Of a stretch of 58,354 nt of DNA, positions 34,845 to 42,792 are shown piece after piece. The stretch lies in IMG/VR virus record IMGVR_UViG_3300046674_000414, positions 1 through 58,354 of that record; one strand, 5' to 3'. The translations under genes and the position numbers were made by a program. A model generated the notes under the pieces. That model saw only the letters and a list, made by a program, of their open reading frames with translations. It did not search any database and was not told where the DNA came from. The first letter of the stretch is position 1, and the number at the start of each line of letters is the position of its first letter. Source of the DNA: a virus.

Positions 34845-35695
34845 CGACCGCTATCGAAGCCCCGCAGATCGTGGACGGGTTGTCGGCCGAGTCGTACCAC
34901 GGTGATAGATCCTCGATCTCCTCCTCCGGACTCCGCGCGCTCCTCGCCCCGGGCTGCCCCGCCCAGTTCAAGTACGACCGCGACCATCCGGCCGCGCCGA
35001 AGCGGGAGTTCGACCTCGGGCACGCCGCGCACCTGATGGTGCTGGGCGAGGGCCCCGAGTTGAAGGTCGTCGACTTCCCGGACTGGCGGAAGAAGGACGC
35101 CCAGACCGAGCGCGACGAGGCGTACGCCGCCGGGCAGGTCCCTCTCCTCGCCAAGGACCACGGCATGGTCCAGGAGATGGTCGCCGCAATCCGCCGGCAT
35201 CCCGTCGCCGGGCCGCTGTTCACCCCTGGCGCGGGCGTCGCCGAGCAGTCGATCTACTGGACCGATCCGGCGACCGGAGTGCGCTGCCGCTGCCGTCCCG
35301 ACTGGATGCCGCGTCGCCGCGACGGCCGTCTCGTCGTCGTCGACTACAAGACCGCCAAGGCGGTCGACCCGGAGGCGCTCGCCAAGGCCGTGTACGAACG
35401 CGGCTACCACGCACAGGCCGCGTTCTACCTCGCGGGAGTCAAGGCCGCCGGGTTGCACGGCGATCAGGAGCCCGCGTTCGTCTTCGTCTTCCAGTCGAAG
35501 ACAGCGCCGTACCTGGTGCACCTTGTCGAACTCGACTTCCCCGCGCTCGCCCTCGGCGCCGCGCGGAACGAACGGGCCCTGCGGATCTACGCCGAGTGCC
35601 AGCGCACCGGCATCTGGCCGGGCTTCAACGACGCCATCACCTACCTGCCGCTGCCGCCCTGGGCGGAGAAGCGCGACGAACAGGAGTACCTGTGA
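34841..35695 (+). CDS. PD-(D/E)XK exonuclease (RecE/Cas4-like)
   Basis: 284 aa. RPDW...RLVVVDYKTAK (D..D-x-K) and YHAQAAFY motifs. Coupled to an annealing-protein gene. Confidence 0.75.
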   Translation: MTTAIEAPQIVDGLSAESYHGDRSSISSSGLRALLAPGCPAQFKYDRDHPAAPKREFDLGHAAHLMVLGEGPELKVVDFPDWRKKDAQTERDEAYAAGQVPLLAKDHGMVQEMVAAIRRHPVAGPLFTPGAGVAEQSIYWTDPATGVRCRCRPDWMPRRRDGRLVVVDYKTAKAVDPEALAKAVYERGYHAQAAFYLAGVKAAGLHGDQEPAFVFVFQSKTAPYLVHLVELDFPALALGAARNERALRIYAECQRTGIWPGFNDAITYLPLPPWAEKRDEQEYL

Positions 35696-36510
35696 ACCAG
35701 CCCGTCCCCCTCCCGTCCACGACGATGCCGACCCGTATCGGCCAGGGCACCGCCGTGGAGCAGTCCCGCGCCGCCGCCGAGGTGCAGGCCGCAGTCGTCG
35801 TCGCCCAGCAGTGCCCCCGCAACATTCAGTCGGCGGTCGCCGAGATGCGGGAGTCCTGCAAGCAGATGGCGCTCGCCGAGCGCGCCTTCTACCGCTACCC
35901 CAAGGGCGGCCAGACCATCACCGGCGCGTCCGTCCACCTCGCCCGAGAGCTGGCCCGCTGCTGGGGCAACGTCCAGTACGGCCTCGTCGAGATGCGGCGC
36001 GACGACGACTACGGGCAGTCCGAGATGCAGGCGTTCGCGTGGGACGTGCAGACCAACTCCCGCAACAGCTCGACGTTCGTCGTGCCGCACCGCCGGGACA
36101 CGAAGGACGGCCCGAAGCAGGTCACCGACATGCGGGACATCTACGAGCTGAACACCAACAACGGTGCCCGCCGGGTCCGCGAGGCGATCTTCGCGATTCT
36201 CCCGCCCTGGTTCGTCGAAGAGGCCAAGGAACTGTGCAACCAGACGCTGCGGGACGGCGGCGGAAAGCCGCTCGCGCAGCGCGTCGCCGACGCCGTCAAG
36301 GCGTTCGAGGGGATCGGCGTCACCGCCGACCGGATCGAAGCTCGGCTGGGCCATGCCTCGGGGAAGTGGACCGAGCACGACGTCGCCCAGTTGATCGTCA
36401 TCTACAAGTCGGTCCAGCGCGGCGAGGTTTCCGCCGAGGACGAGTTCCCGGCGCCCCGCGTCAGCAGCGACGAACTGACCGGCGGGAAGCCGCCTACGGC
36501 CGACGCATAG
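35692..36510 (+). CDS. Single-strand annealing recombinase (RecT/Red-beta-like by context)
   Basis: 272 aa. GTGA overlap with the exonuclease. GASVHLARELARCWGNVQYG segment. Confidence 0.6.
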   Translation: MNQPVPLPSTTMPTRIGQGTAVEQSRAAAEVQAAVVVAQQCPRNIQSAVAEMRESCKQMALAERAFYRYPKGGQTITGASVHLARELARCWGNVQYGLVEMRRDDDYGQSEMQAFAWDVQTNSRNSSTFVVPHRRDTKDGPKQVTDMRDIYELNTNNGARRVREAIFAILPPWFVEEAKELCNQTLRDGGGKPLAQRVADAVKAFEGIGVTADRIEARLGHASGKWTEHDVAQLIVIYKSVQRGEVSAEDEFPAPRVSSDELTGGKPPTADA

Positions 36511-36580
36511 CCCTGTCCCCGCACCGGGCTCCCGCCCGCCGAAATCAGGCGGGGGCCCGGCCTCCTCAGGAGACCACAAC

Positions 36581-36991
36581 ATGCACCAGCAGAACACCAG
36601 AGGTCCGCTCGACTGGCGCCTGACGCTCCCCTTCATCTCCCGCCGCCGCTACGCCGCCGACCTGGCCGCCGTGATCGCTGACCGCGAGCGCCTGCGCAGC
36701 GAGCGGAACCAGTTCGCCAAGGACCGTGACGCGGTCGCCGCGACCGCCTGCCGGGAGGTCGATGAGGCGCACCGCGCGATGGCCCGCCTGGAGGCGGATC
36801 TCGACCAGGCCCGCCGCCGGGTCGCGGACCGCACCGGCATGGTGCCACTGGCCGACTACGAGGCGGAGAAGAAGCGCGCCGACCGCATCCAGGCCCGCCT
36901 CGACCAGGCCCTCGGGCTCGACTCGGTCGACATCCTCGACGGCCGGCACTGGCAGGAGACCCGGCAGGACAAGGGCACGGTGCGGCCGTGA
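36581..36991 (+). CDS. Hypothetical coiled-coil protein
   Basis: 136 aa. RBS CAGGAGACC. Confidence 0.6.
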   Translation: MHQQNTRGPLDWRLTLPFISRRRYAADLAAVIADRERLRSERNQFAKDRDAVAATACREVDEAHRAMARLEADLDQARRRVADRTGMVPLADYEAEKKRADRIQARLDQALGLDSVDILDGRHWQETRQDKGTVRP

Positions 36992-37224
36992 CCCCTCTCC
37001 TTGCCGCCGCGCTCCTCGTGGTCCTCGTGGCCGGGACGCTCGCCGCCCGCTGGGCGGTGCGTCCGGTCGGCCGTCACCGCGCCGGCGTCCCGGCTCCGGT
37101 CGACGCCTGGTGCCGGTCCTGCCGCCACACGACCCGGCACGCGATCCTCCGCGTCCACGGCGAGCACATCTGCCGCAGCTGCGGATGCCTCAACACTGCC
37201 GTCGCCGAGGGGATGACGTCCTGA
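36988..37224 (+). CDS. Membrane-anchored zinc-ribbon protein
   Basis: 78 aa. N-terminal TM LLAAALLVVLVAG, then CRSC...CRSC. Confidence 0.55.
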   Translation: MTPLLAAALLVVLVAGTLAARWAVRPVGRHRAGVPAPVDAWCRSCRHTTRHAILRVHGEHICRSCGCLNTAVAEGMTS

Positions 37225-37466
37225 TGGTCAGCGGAGGCAACTTTCGCGGCGGCGGGTTCGCCATCCCCGCGGACAACCCCGACATCCGCCGACGGGCCGC
37301 CCTGTATGTCGCCGGTATCGCCCGCGACGCGGCCGACGCCCGACAACTCCTCGACGCGCTCGGCCTCCTCGAAGCCCCCGCGCCCGCGCGCCGGAAGCGA
37401 ACCGACCCACCGACCACGACCACCACCGACTGCCCCATCAACACCCGCACGAGGAGGGACTCGTGA
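37224..37466 (+). CDS. Hypothetical protein
   Basis: 80 aa. ATGA overlap. Confidence 0.5.
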   Translation: MVSGGNFRGGGFAIPADNPDIRRRAALYVAGIARDAADARQLLDALGLLEAPAPARRKRTDPPTTTTTDCPINTRTRRDS

Positions 37467-37765
37467 CCCGCATCGTCCACACCGCGACCGTCCCGGACAC
37501 GGCTGAACGGCCGGGTGCCTGGAGGGAGTCGGCGGTCTGCGCGGGTGTCGACCCCGAGCTGTTCTTCCCGGCCAAGGGTGACGCCTACGCGGCCTCCAGG
37601 GCCCGCCGGATCTGTGCGGCCTGCCCAGTCCGTATGGAGTGCCTGGAGGACGCCCTCCAGCGCGAGGCGGGGCGCGGCTTCCAGAGCAGGCACGGCATCG
37701 TCGGCGGGCTGGGCCCGAGGAAGCGCTACGACCTGAACGTCGCCCGCCGCAAGGCCGCCGCGTGA
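37463..37765 (+). CDS. WhiB-like transcription factor
   Basis: 100 aa. Four Cys in the WhiB arrangement (C..22..C-x2-C-x5-C) followed by GIVGG. Confidence 0.85.
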   Translation: MTRIVHTATVPDTAERPGAWRESAVCAGVDPELFFPAKGDAYAASRARRICAACPVRMECLEDALQREAGRGFQSRHGIVGGLGPRKRYDLNVARRKAAA

Positions 37766-38052
37766 TCGCCGTCTGCACGCACTGGATCGGCAGTGAGCGC
37801 CGTCACTGCGGGGCGACGGACGGGGTGCGCCGGTACGTCAACAGCACCGTGTGCCCCGCGCATACCCCGTCCGCGCTCGCCGGGCGTCCGGAACCCGAGC
37901 CGGGCCCGGGGATGCCGGCCGCCGCCTGGGCGACCGCGTCGCCGATCTCCGACTCCCGTGTGCACGACCAGCGGGCCATCGCGAGCGGGAAGCGCCGGGC
38001 CAGCCCGCACACCTACAAGGCGGCACGCGCCGCCATCGACAAGACCATCTGA
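37762..38052 (+). CDS. Hypothetical protein
   Basis: 96 aa. GTGA overlap. Confidence 0.55.
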   Translation: MIAVCTHWIGSERRHCGATDGVRRYVNSTVCPAHTPSALAGRPEPEPGPGMPAAAWATASPISDSRVHDQRAIASGKRRASPHTYKAARAAIDKTI

Positions 38053-38060
38053 GGAGACCG

Positions 38061-38387
38061 ATGAACATCACCAACCCGACCCGGCCGCTCTTCGGCCCCG
38101 GCCGCGTCCTTCTCGGCTATGAGGATCAGGAGTGGGCGGTGTGGGTGTCCGGCATGGACGAACTCCACGACGCCGACACCCTGGACGCCGCGCTGGAACT
38201 GGCGGGCGAACTGAACGGGACCTTCGCGCAGCTCCGCTACAACGCGCCCGGCCTCGACGACCCGTCGTACGTCCTCGGCGCGGTCGTCCTCCGCCACGGC
38301 TACGCGTGGACCGCCGCCACCGAACACCGCCTCGGACTCGCCTGCGGCAAACCCGACTGCGACTCCTGCCCGACACCGACCACCTGA
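38061..38387 (+). CDS. Hypothetical protein
   Basis: 108 aa. RBS GAGGAGACC. Confidence 0.6.
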   Translation: MNITNPTRPLFGPGRVLLGYEDQEWAVWVSGMDELHDADTLDAALELAGELNGTFAQLRYNAPGLDDPSYVLGAVVLRHGYAWTAATEHRLGLACGKPDCDSCPTPTT

Positions 38388-38395
38388 CCCGACAA

Positions 38396-38420
38396 CCCCG
38401 CCGCGCTGCTTGCGGCGGGG
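38396..38420 (+). terminator. Stem-loop
   Basis: 9-bp stem CCCCGCCGC / GCGGCGGGG with a 7-nt loop. Confidence 0.5.
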
Positions 38421-38440
38421 CCCGCCCCAAGGAGACCACG

Positions 38441-38887
38441 ATGACCGACCACCCGTACACCGACGACGACCTCCGCGCCGAAGCCGCCCGCCAGCACTCC
38501 TCTCTCACCGAGGACCCCGACTTCATGGGCGTCGGCGAGCAGATGGAGGACCGCTATGCCCAGTCGACCGTCATCGACGAGGACCCCGACTTCGAGCGGG
38601 AAGGCAGCACATGGGGGGAGCTGCTGCCGTACAACCACGACGACGGCAACGCCTACAACGAGGCGCAGCGGAAGATCCACAACCTGATCAACGGCGCCGC
38701 CGACGTGTCCCGGTGGGCCGTCGACCTCGGCGCCGACGGGCTGGAGCCCTCGCCCGACGTCCTCAACCTGGACGGCGACAACGGCCCCTTCATCCGCGTG
38801 CACTTCGCCTTCGACCCGGCCATGCCCGAGCGCGAACGCCAGCGCTTCTCCCTCGGCCTCGCCCAGGTCATCGCGGACGCCCTCTAG
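38441..38887 (+). CDS. Highly acidic hypothetical protein
   Basis: 148 aa with a very high Asp/Glu content. RBS AAGGAGACC. Flanked by stem-loops. Confidence 0.7.
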   Translation: MTDHPYTDDDLRAEAARQHSSLTEDPDFMGVGEQMEDRYAQSTVIDEDPDFEREGSTWGELLPYNHDDGNAYNEAQRKIHNLINGAADVSRWAVDLGADGLEPSPDVLNLDGDNGPFIRVHFAFDPAMPERERQRFSLGLAQVIADAL

Positions 38888-38922
38888 CCACCCTCCCTGG
38901 CGGCCGTCCCCCACGGCTGCCA

Positions 38923-38959
38923 CCCCGGGAGCCCGCACTTCCCCGACGGGCTCCCGGGG
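38923..38959 (+). terminator. Stem-loop terminator
   Basis: Perfect 13-bp stem CCCCGGGAGCCCG / CGGGCTCCCGGGG with an 11-nt loop. Confidence 0.6.
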
Positions 38960-38983
38960 CCCCGACTACCGCGAAAGGGCTCC

Positions 38984-39364
38984 GTGATGAGCGTGTACTT
39001 CCACGGCGGATACCCCGGTCTCAAGCCCGGCGACCTGATCCTGCCGCCCGACCTGTCGGGTACCGACCACCGCCTGTCGCGCACTGCGGCCGAACTCGGC
39101 GGCCCCGCCTACTCGACCCGCACGGACGTCGTCTACGTGACGACGGGCCGCGATGTGGCCCGCGCGTTCGCCGCGTTCTACCCCGACGGCGCCCTCTACC
39201 GGGTCCATCCGCACGGCGACCTGGAGCCCGACCCCGACAGCGGCATCCCCGGCCTGTCGTGGCAGTGCCCGACAGCCGAAGTGATCGCGGTCGTCGACCC
39301 GGCCGTCCTGTTCCGCACACGCCGCCCGGAGCGGTGGGTCCGGATGCTCACACCCACCGACTGA
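38984..39364 (+). CDS. Arr-like (rifampin-type) ADP-ribosyltransferase
   Basis: 126 aa. YFHGGYPGLKPGDLI, VVYVTTGRDVARAFA and YRVHPHGDLEPDPD parallel the FYHGT / IYFS / IVEPTG..EDDP blocks of mycobacterial Arr as I recall them. Confidence 0.6.
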   Translation: MMSVYFHGGYPGLKPGDLILPPDLSGTDHRLSRTAAELGGPAYSTRTDVVYVTTGRDVARAFAAFYPDGALYRVHPHGDLEPDPDSGIPGLSWQCPTAEVIAVVDPAVLFRTRRPERWVRMLTPTD

Positions 39365-39397
39365 CCACAGCACGCAGCCCCGCGCAGGAGAACGACC

Positions 39398-39646
39398 GTG
39401 ACCGCTCAGCAACCCATCGACGCCCTCCTCGACGCGTACGTGGACCAACGCAGCGCCCTGCGCCGCGTACTCGCCCTCGTCGCCTGCCACGCAGACGAAA
39501 TCGCCGCAGACCCCGCCCTCGTCCTCAAGGCCCTGGACGCCCACCCCAGGTGCGTCGCCATCTGCCCGCCCGGATGCACCGGCGACTGCGAACCCCACCG
39601 CGCCGTCTGGGAGCGCTACACCGCCCTCGACCCCAGCCGCAGCTAG
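39398..39646 (+). CDS. Hypothetical protein
   Basis: 82 aa. GTG after GCAGGAGAA. Confidence 0.55.
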   Translation: MTAQQPIDALLDAYVDQRSALRRVLALVACHADEIAADPALVLKALDAHPRCVAICPPGCTGDCEPHRAVWERYTALDPSRS

Positions 39647-39660
39647 CCGCACACGACACA

Positions 39661-39679
39661 GCCCCGCACACGGCGGGGC
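39661..39679. terminator. Bidirectional stem-loop
   Basis: GCCCCGC-ACACG-GCGGGGC, between convergent genes. Confidence 0.5.
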
Positions 39680-39696
39680 CGGAAGGAGGAGGGGTG

Positions 39697-39888
39697 TCAG
39701 GAGTCGGCGATGTTCTTCGCGGCGGCGACATCGCGCTGGCGCTTCCGCCATGCGTTGACCTCGCGGACGACGTACATGCGGATGTCTGCGGCGCGCGCAA
39801 TGCCCTTCTCCTTGCACGCCTTCTCGTAGTCGGACCACACGTCGTCCCCGATGCGGACCATGCGGCCGGTCGTCCCCTTCGTCGTCAT
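39697..39888 (-). CDS. Ribbon-helix-helix (Arc/CopG-like) protein
   Basis: 63 aa. MVRIGDDVWSDYEKACKEKGIARAADIRMYVVREV fits strand-helix-helix. Lone minus-strand gene. Confidence 0.65.
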   Translation of the reverse strand: MTTKGTTGRMVRIGDDVWSDYEKACKEKGIARAADIRMYVVREVNAWRKRQRDVAAAKNIADS

Positions 39889-39940
39889 GTCGACAGGGTA
39901 GCCGACCGTTCATCGGCAACACACCCCACTCGACCTGCGC

Positions 39941-39988
39941 GTATTGCTTATGTATTGCGGGTGACTGTACACCCCGAGGTAAGATTGC
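39941..39988. promoter_or_regulatory. Tandem GTATTGC repeats and putative replication-operon promoter
   Basis: GTATTGC at 39941 and 39952 (11-bp phasing). GATTGC at 39983. TTGCGG-N19-TAAGAT on the + strand. Confidence 0.45.
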
Positions 39989-40073
39989 GATCACGTCAGG
40001 CGAGCGAAAGGCCGCCCTGAAAGGGGGTCTGGTTCCTCATGCCCTGACCAGCACGACCGAGAAGAGATCGCAC

Positions 40074-41102
40074 GTGAGAATCCGGCGCAGCAGGCCGACG
40101 GGAGACTTCCTACAAGTCCCCAACGCCACCGTGCGGGACGACCGACTCAGCCACATGGCGCGCGGCATCCTCGTCGAACTCCTCAGCCGCCCCGACGGCT
40201 GGGAGGCGACCGCCGACGACATATGGCGCGCATCGGTCGCGAAGCACGGAAAGGCAAGCCCCGGCCGCCGCGCCTTCCGCGCCGCCTTCGCCGAGCTCAA
40301 GGATCACGGGTACCTCACGTCCGAACGCACCGTCCTCGCCGGAGGTCAGCACGGCACCGTGCTCGCCGTATCCGACATTCCCGCAGGTGGCACCGACGTA
40401 CCACCTGCCGGTACGTCGGTGCCACCTGCGAAGACGGACGTTTCCCCAGCTCAGTCCGACGTACCACACGCTGGTACGTCGGAAGGGGCCTCCGACGTAC
40501 CACGCGCTGGTACGTCGGAGCGACCTGCGGAAACACCCGAAACGCCAGCTCGCGCCGACGTACCACCTGCCGGTACGTCGGACTCGCCTGCGGAAACAAC
40601 CAAAACCGCAGGTCGCTCCGACGTACCACACGCTGGTACGTCCTCTTATAAACACGGTGAGAACACGGAGGGGAACACGTCCTCCCCCCCCCCCCCCCCG
40701 CAGCGGCAGGAAGACGAGGACGAAGACCTCACCGTCTTCGGAGCGTTCTGGGTCACCTTCCCCAAGAGCCGCGACCGCCCGGCCACCCTCGCCGCCTGGC
40801 GCAACGCCATCGCCAAAGGCGCCGACCCCAAGAAGATCGTCGAAGCCGCCCAGGCGTACGCCCGCGAACGCGCCGGTGAAGAACCCCGCTTCACCAAGTT
40901 CTCCGCCAACTGGCTGCGCGACGAACGCTACGAAGACGACTACGCGCAGCCCGAGCCGGGCGGCCTCCCCCAACTCCGCGCGCTCCCCAGCCCCCGCCAC
41001 ATCACCACCCGCGAGGACGCCGCCCTCGCCAAACGCAACGCCTCCCGCGCCCTCCTCGACCAGCTCGCCGACCAACTCCGCGCATCAGGAGACAACCAGT
41101 GA
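40074..41102 (+). CDS. Replication initiator / replisome organiser with internal origin repeats
   Basis: 342 aa. N-terminal winged-helix-like domain (FLQVPNATVRDDRLSHMARGILVELLS). Central SDVPxAGTS repeats are encoded by iterons. Confidence 0.7.
   Translation: MRIRRSRPTGDFLQVPNATVRDDRLSHMARGILVELLSRPDGWEATADDIWRASVAKHGKASPGRRAFRAAFAELKDHGYLTSERTVLAGGQHGTVLAVSDIPAGGTDVPPAGTSVPPAKTDVSPAQSDVPHAGTSEGASDVPRAGTSERPAETPETPARADVPPAGTSDSPAETTKTAGRSDVPHAGTSSYKHGENTEGNTSSPPPPPQRQEDEDEDLTVFGAFWVTFPKSRDRPATLAAWRNAIAKGADPKKIVEAAQAYARERAGEEPRFTKFSANWLRDERYEDDYAQPEPGGLPQLRALPSPRHITTREDAALAKRNASRALLDQLADQLRASGDNQ
40393..40643. repeat. Five 27-bp palindromic iterons (candidate ori)
   Basis: CCGACGTACCAC-NN-GC-N-GGTACGTCGG at 40393, 40456, 40492, 40555 and 40618 (the last is imperfect). 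Followed by TCTTATAAACA. Confidence 0.75.
40684..40699 (+). repeat. C16 homopolymer tract inside the initiator gene
   Basis: 16 consecutive C counted. Encodes part of SSPPPPPQ. Confidence 0.95.
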
Positions 41103-41800
41103 CCCCCGACCAAGTCCCCGCTCTCCTCAAGCAAGTCAGCTACGCCGACCCCCGACTCCTCCCCGCCGACCCCCAAGAACTCCTCGGCCTCGCCGCACTC
41201 TGGGCCACCGTCCTCGCCGACGTCCCCACCGACTTCGCCATGAACGCCGTCGGCGAGCACTACGCCACCAGCCCCTTCCCCATCAAGCCCTCCGACATCG
41301 CCGACCGCTGGAACACCAAAGTCCGCGACCGCCTCAACCGTGACAACGGCACCTTCGAACCCGGCGACCACCCCGGCCTCGACCCCGACGACATCGGCGG
41401 CTACCTCGCCGCCCTCCGAGGACAACGCCAAGCCGTCGCCCAAGGCATCCAGCAGCCCAGCAACGTCAAGGCCATCACCGCCGGACCCGCCGCCGACGAA
41501 GTCACCGCCCGCCTGAAGACCCTCGGGACCTACATCCCCCGCCAGGTCGACGACGTCCTCGACGCCCACCGGCCCGTCAAGGCCGCACGCCGCGCCGCGC
41601 TGATCGCCGGAGAACCCGACGCCCTCTCGGTGCCCTGCGACTGGTGCCAGGCCAACGTGAACGAGCCGTGCCGCTCCCGCCGCATCAGCCCCAACGGCGC
41701 GGCCACCTCCAACAAGCGGCGCTCCACCCCCCACCCGTCCCGCGTCGACGACGCCCGCACCGCGATGACCGAGCAGCAGGAAGAGACGGCTACCCCGTGA
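41099..41800 (+). CDS. Hypothetical protein (C-terminal zinc-finger-like)
   Basis: 233 aa. GTGA overlap. CDWCQANVNEPCRSRR...HPSR. Confidence 0.65.
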   Translation: MTPDQVPALLKQVSYADPRLLPADPQELLGLAALWATVLADVPTDFAMNAVGEHYATSPFPIKPSDIADRWNTKVRDRLNRDNGTFEPGDHPGLDPDDIGGYLAALRGQRQAVAQGIQQPSNVKAITAGPAADEVTARLKTLGTYIPRQVDDVLDAHRPVKAARRAALIAGEPDALSVPCDWCQANVNEPCRSRRISPNGAATSNKRRSTPHPSRVDDARTAMTEQQEETATP

Positions 41801-42114
41801 ACGACCAGCCCGTTCACCGCGACGACATCACCGCCCTCCGCAGAGAAGGCGACCTCAAGGCGTACATGCAGCAACTCCGTGCCGAAGGCCGCGCCCGCCT
41901 CAACACCCCGCCCCCGACCCGGCCTTCGCACAAACGCCGGAAGTGGGGCGCGATCCCGATCCCGCCCGACCACAAGCCCGGCCAATGGCCACCGGGAACC
42001 TCACCGCCCGGCCCCGCCCCCGAACGGCAGCGCGACCCCGAGGACTGGGCCGACGCCGTGCACCGCTACCGCGCCGAACAGCGCCGCACCCTCACCGAAA
42101 GGGAAGCGCCGTGA
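41797..42114 (+). CDS. Hypothetical protein
   Basis: 105 aa. GTGA overlap. Confidence 0.55.
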   Translation: MNDQPVHRDDITALRREGDLKAYMQQLRAEGRARLNTPPPTRPSHKRRKWGAIPIPPDHKPGQWPPGTSPPGPAPERQRDPEDWADAVHRYRAEQRRTLTEREAP

Positions 42115-42248
42115 CCGCCCCGCCCGGCACCCGCTGCACCAGCCCTCGCGGCCGGCGGATACCCGTCGACAGCCACGACGCCCGCAAACACGCCCACAGC
42201 TCTGCCCCCGTCGCCAGCCGGAAGGAGGCCGGTACATGGCCAGCCTGA
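42111..42248 (+). CDS. Small hypothetical protein
   Basis: 45 aa. GTGA overlap. GC-rich third positions. Confidence 0.4.
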   Translation: MTAPPGTRCTSPRGRRIPVDSHDARKHAHSSAPVASRKEAGTWPA

Positions 42249-42484
42249 GGTGCGCCCTGTGCAAGAGGGGTTTGCGGACGCCGGAGTCGCGGGCGGTGGG
42301 TGTGGGGCCTGTGTGCGCCAGGAAGCTGGCCGGATCGCCGCCTCCCGGCCGAACGGGCGCCCCGAGTCCCCCAGTCGCACCACGCGCCCCGCAACGCCTC
42401 ACACGGCCACACAGCCCCGACGTCATCCCCGGACAGACCCAACTCCCGCTCACCGCCATGCAACCCACCCTCTGGAGCCTGTAG
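42236..42484 (+). CDS. Hypothetical protein (CxxC...GPVCARK motif)
   Basis: 82 aa. RBS GGAAGGAGG. MASLRCALCKRGLRTPESRAVGVGPVCARK. Confidence 0.6.
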   Translation: MASLRCALCKRGLRTPESRAVGVGPVCARKLAGSPPPGRTGAPSPPVAPRAPQRLTRPHSPDVIPGQTQLPLTAMQPTLWSL

Positions 42485-42727
42485 ATGAATCCGCCCGTCA
42501 CCTCCGTCGCCGAGCCCCGCTACCCCCTGCTCGTGGCTCTCCCCGGAGGGCGTGTCCAGCACGCCGCCCGCCTCGTCGGGACCGGCCCGGCAGTTACCAC
42601 CCTCTGCCGCAAGCGCGGCACCCCCGTAGGCGACGGCGCCGGGCTGCCGTACTGCCGGGCCTGCGCTAACAAGCCCAACCCGATCAGCCAGCAGACGGGC
42701 CGTCGACCCACCCCAGGCCCCGCGTGA
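42485..42727 (+). CDS. Hypothetical protein
   Basis: 80 aa. Starts directly after the upstream TAG. Confidence 0.55.
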   Translation: MNPPVTSVAEPRYPLLVALPGGRVQHAARLVGTGPAVTTLCRKRGTPVGDGAGLPYCRACANKPNPISQQTGRRPTPGPA

Positions 42728-42792
42728 ACGGCCGGCCGCCCGCGTTGGAGCCGCGGGCGGCCGTGCCCCCACCCCACCACACACCTCTGGAG

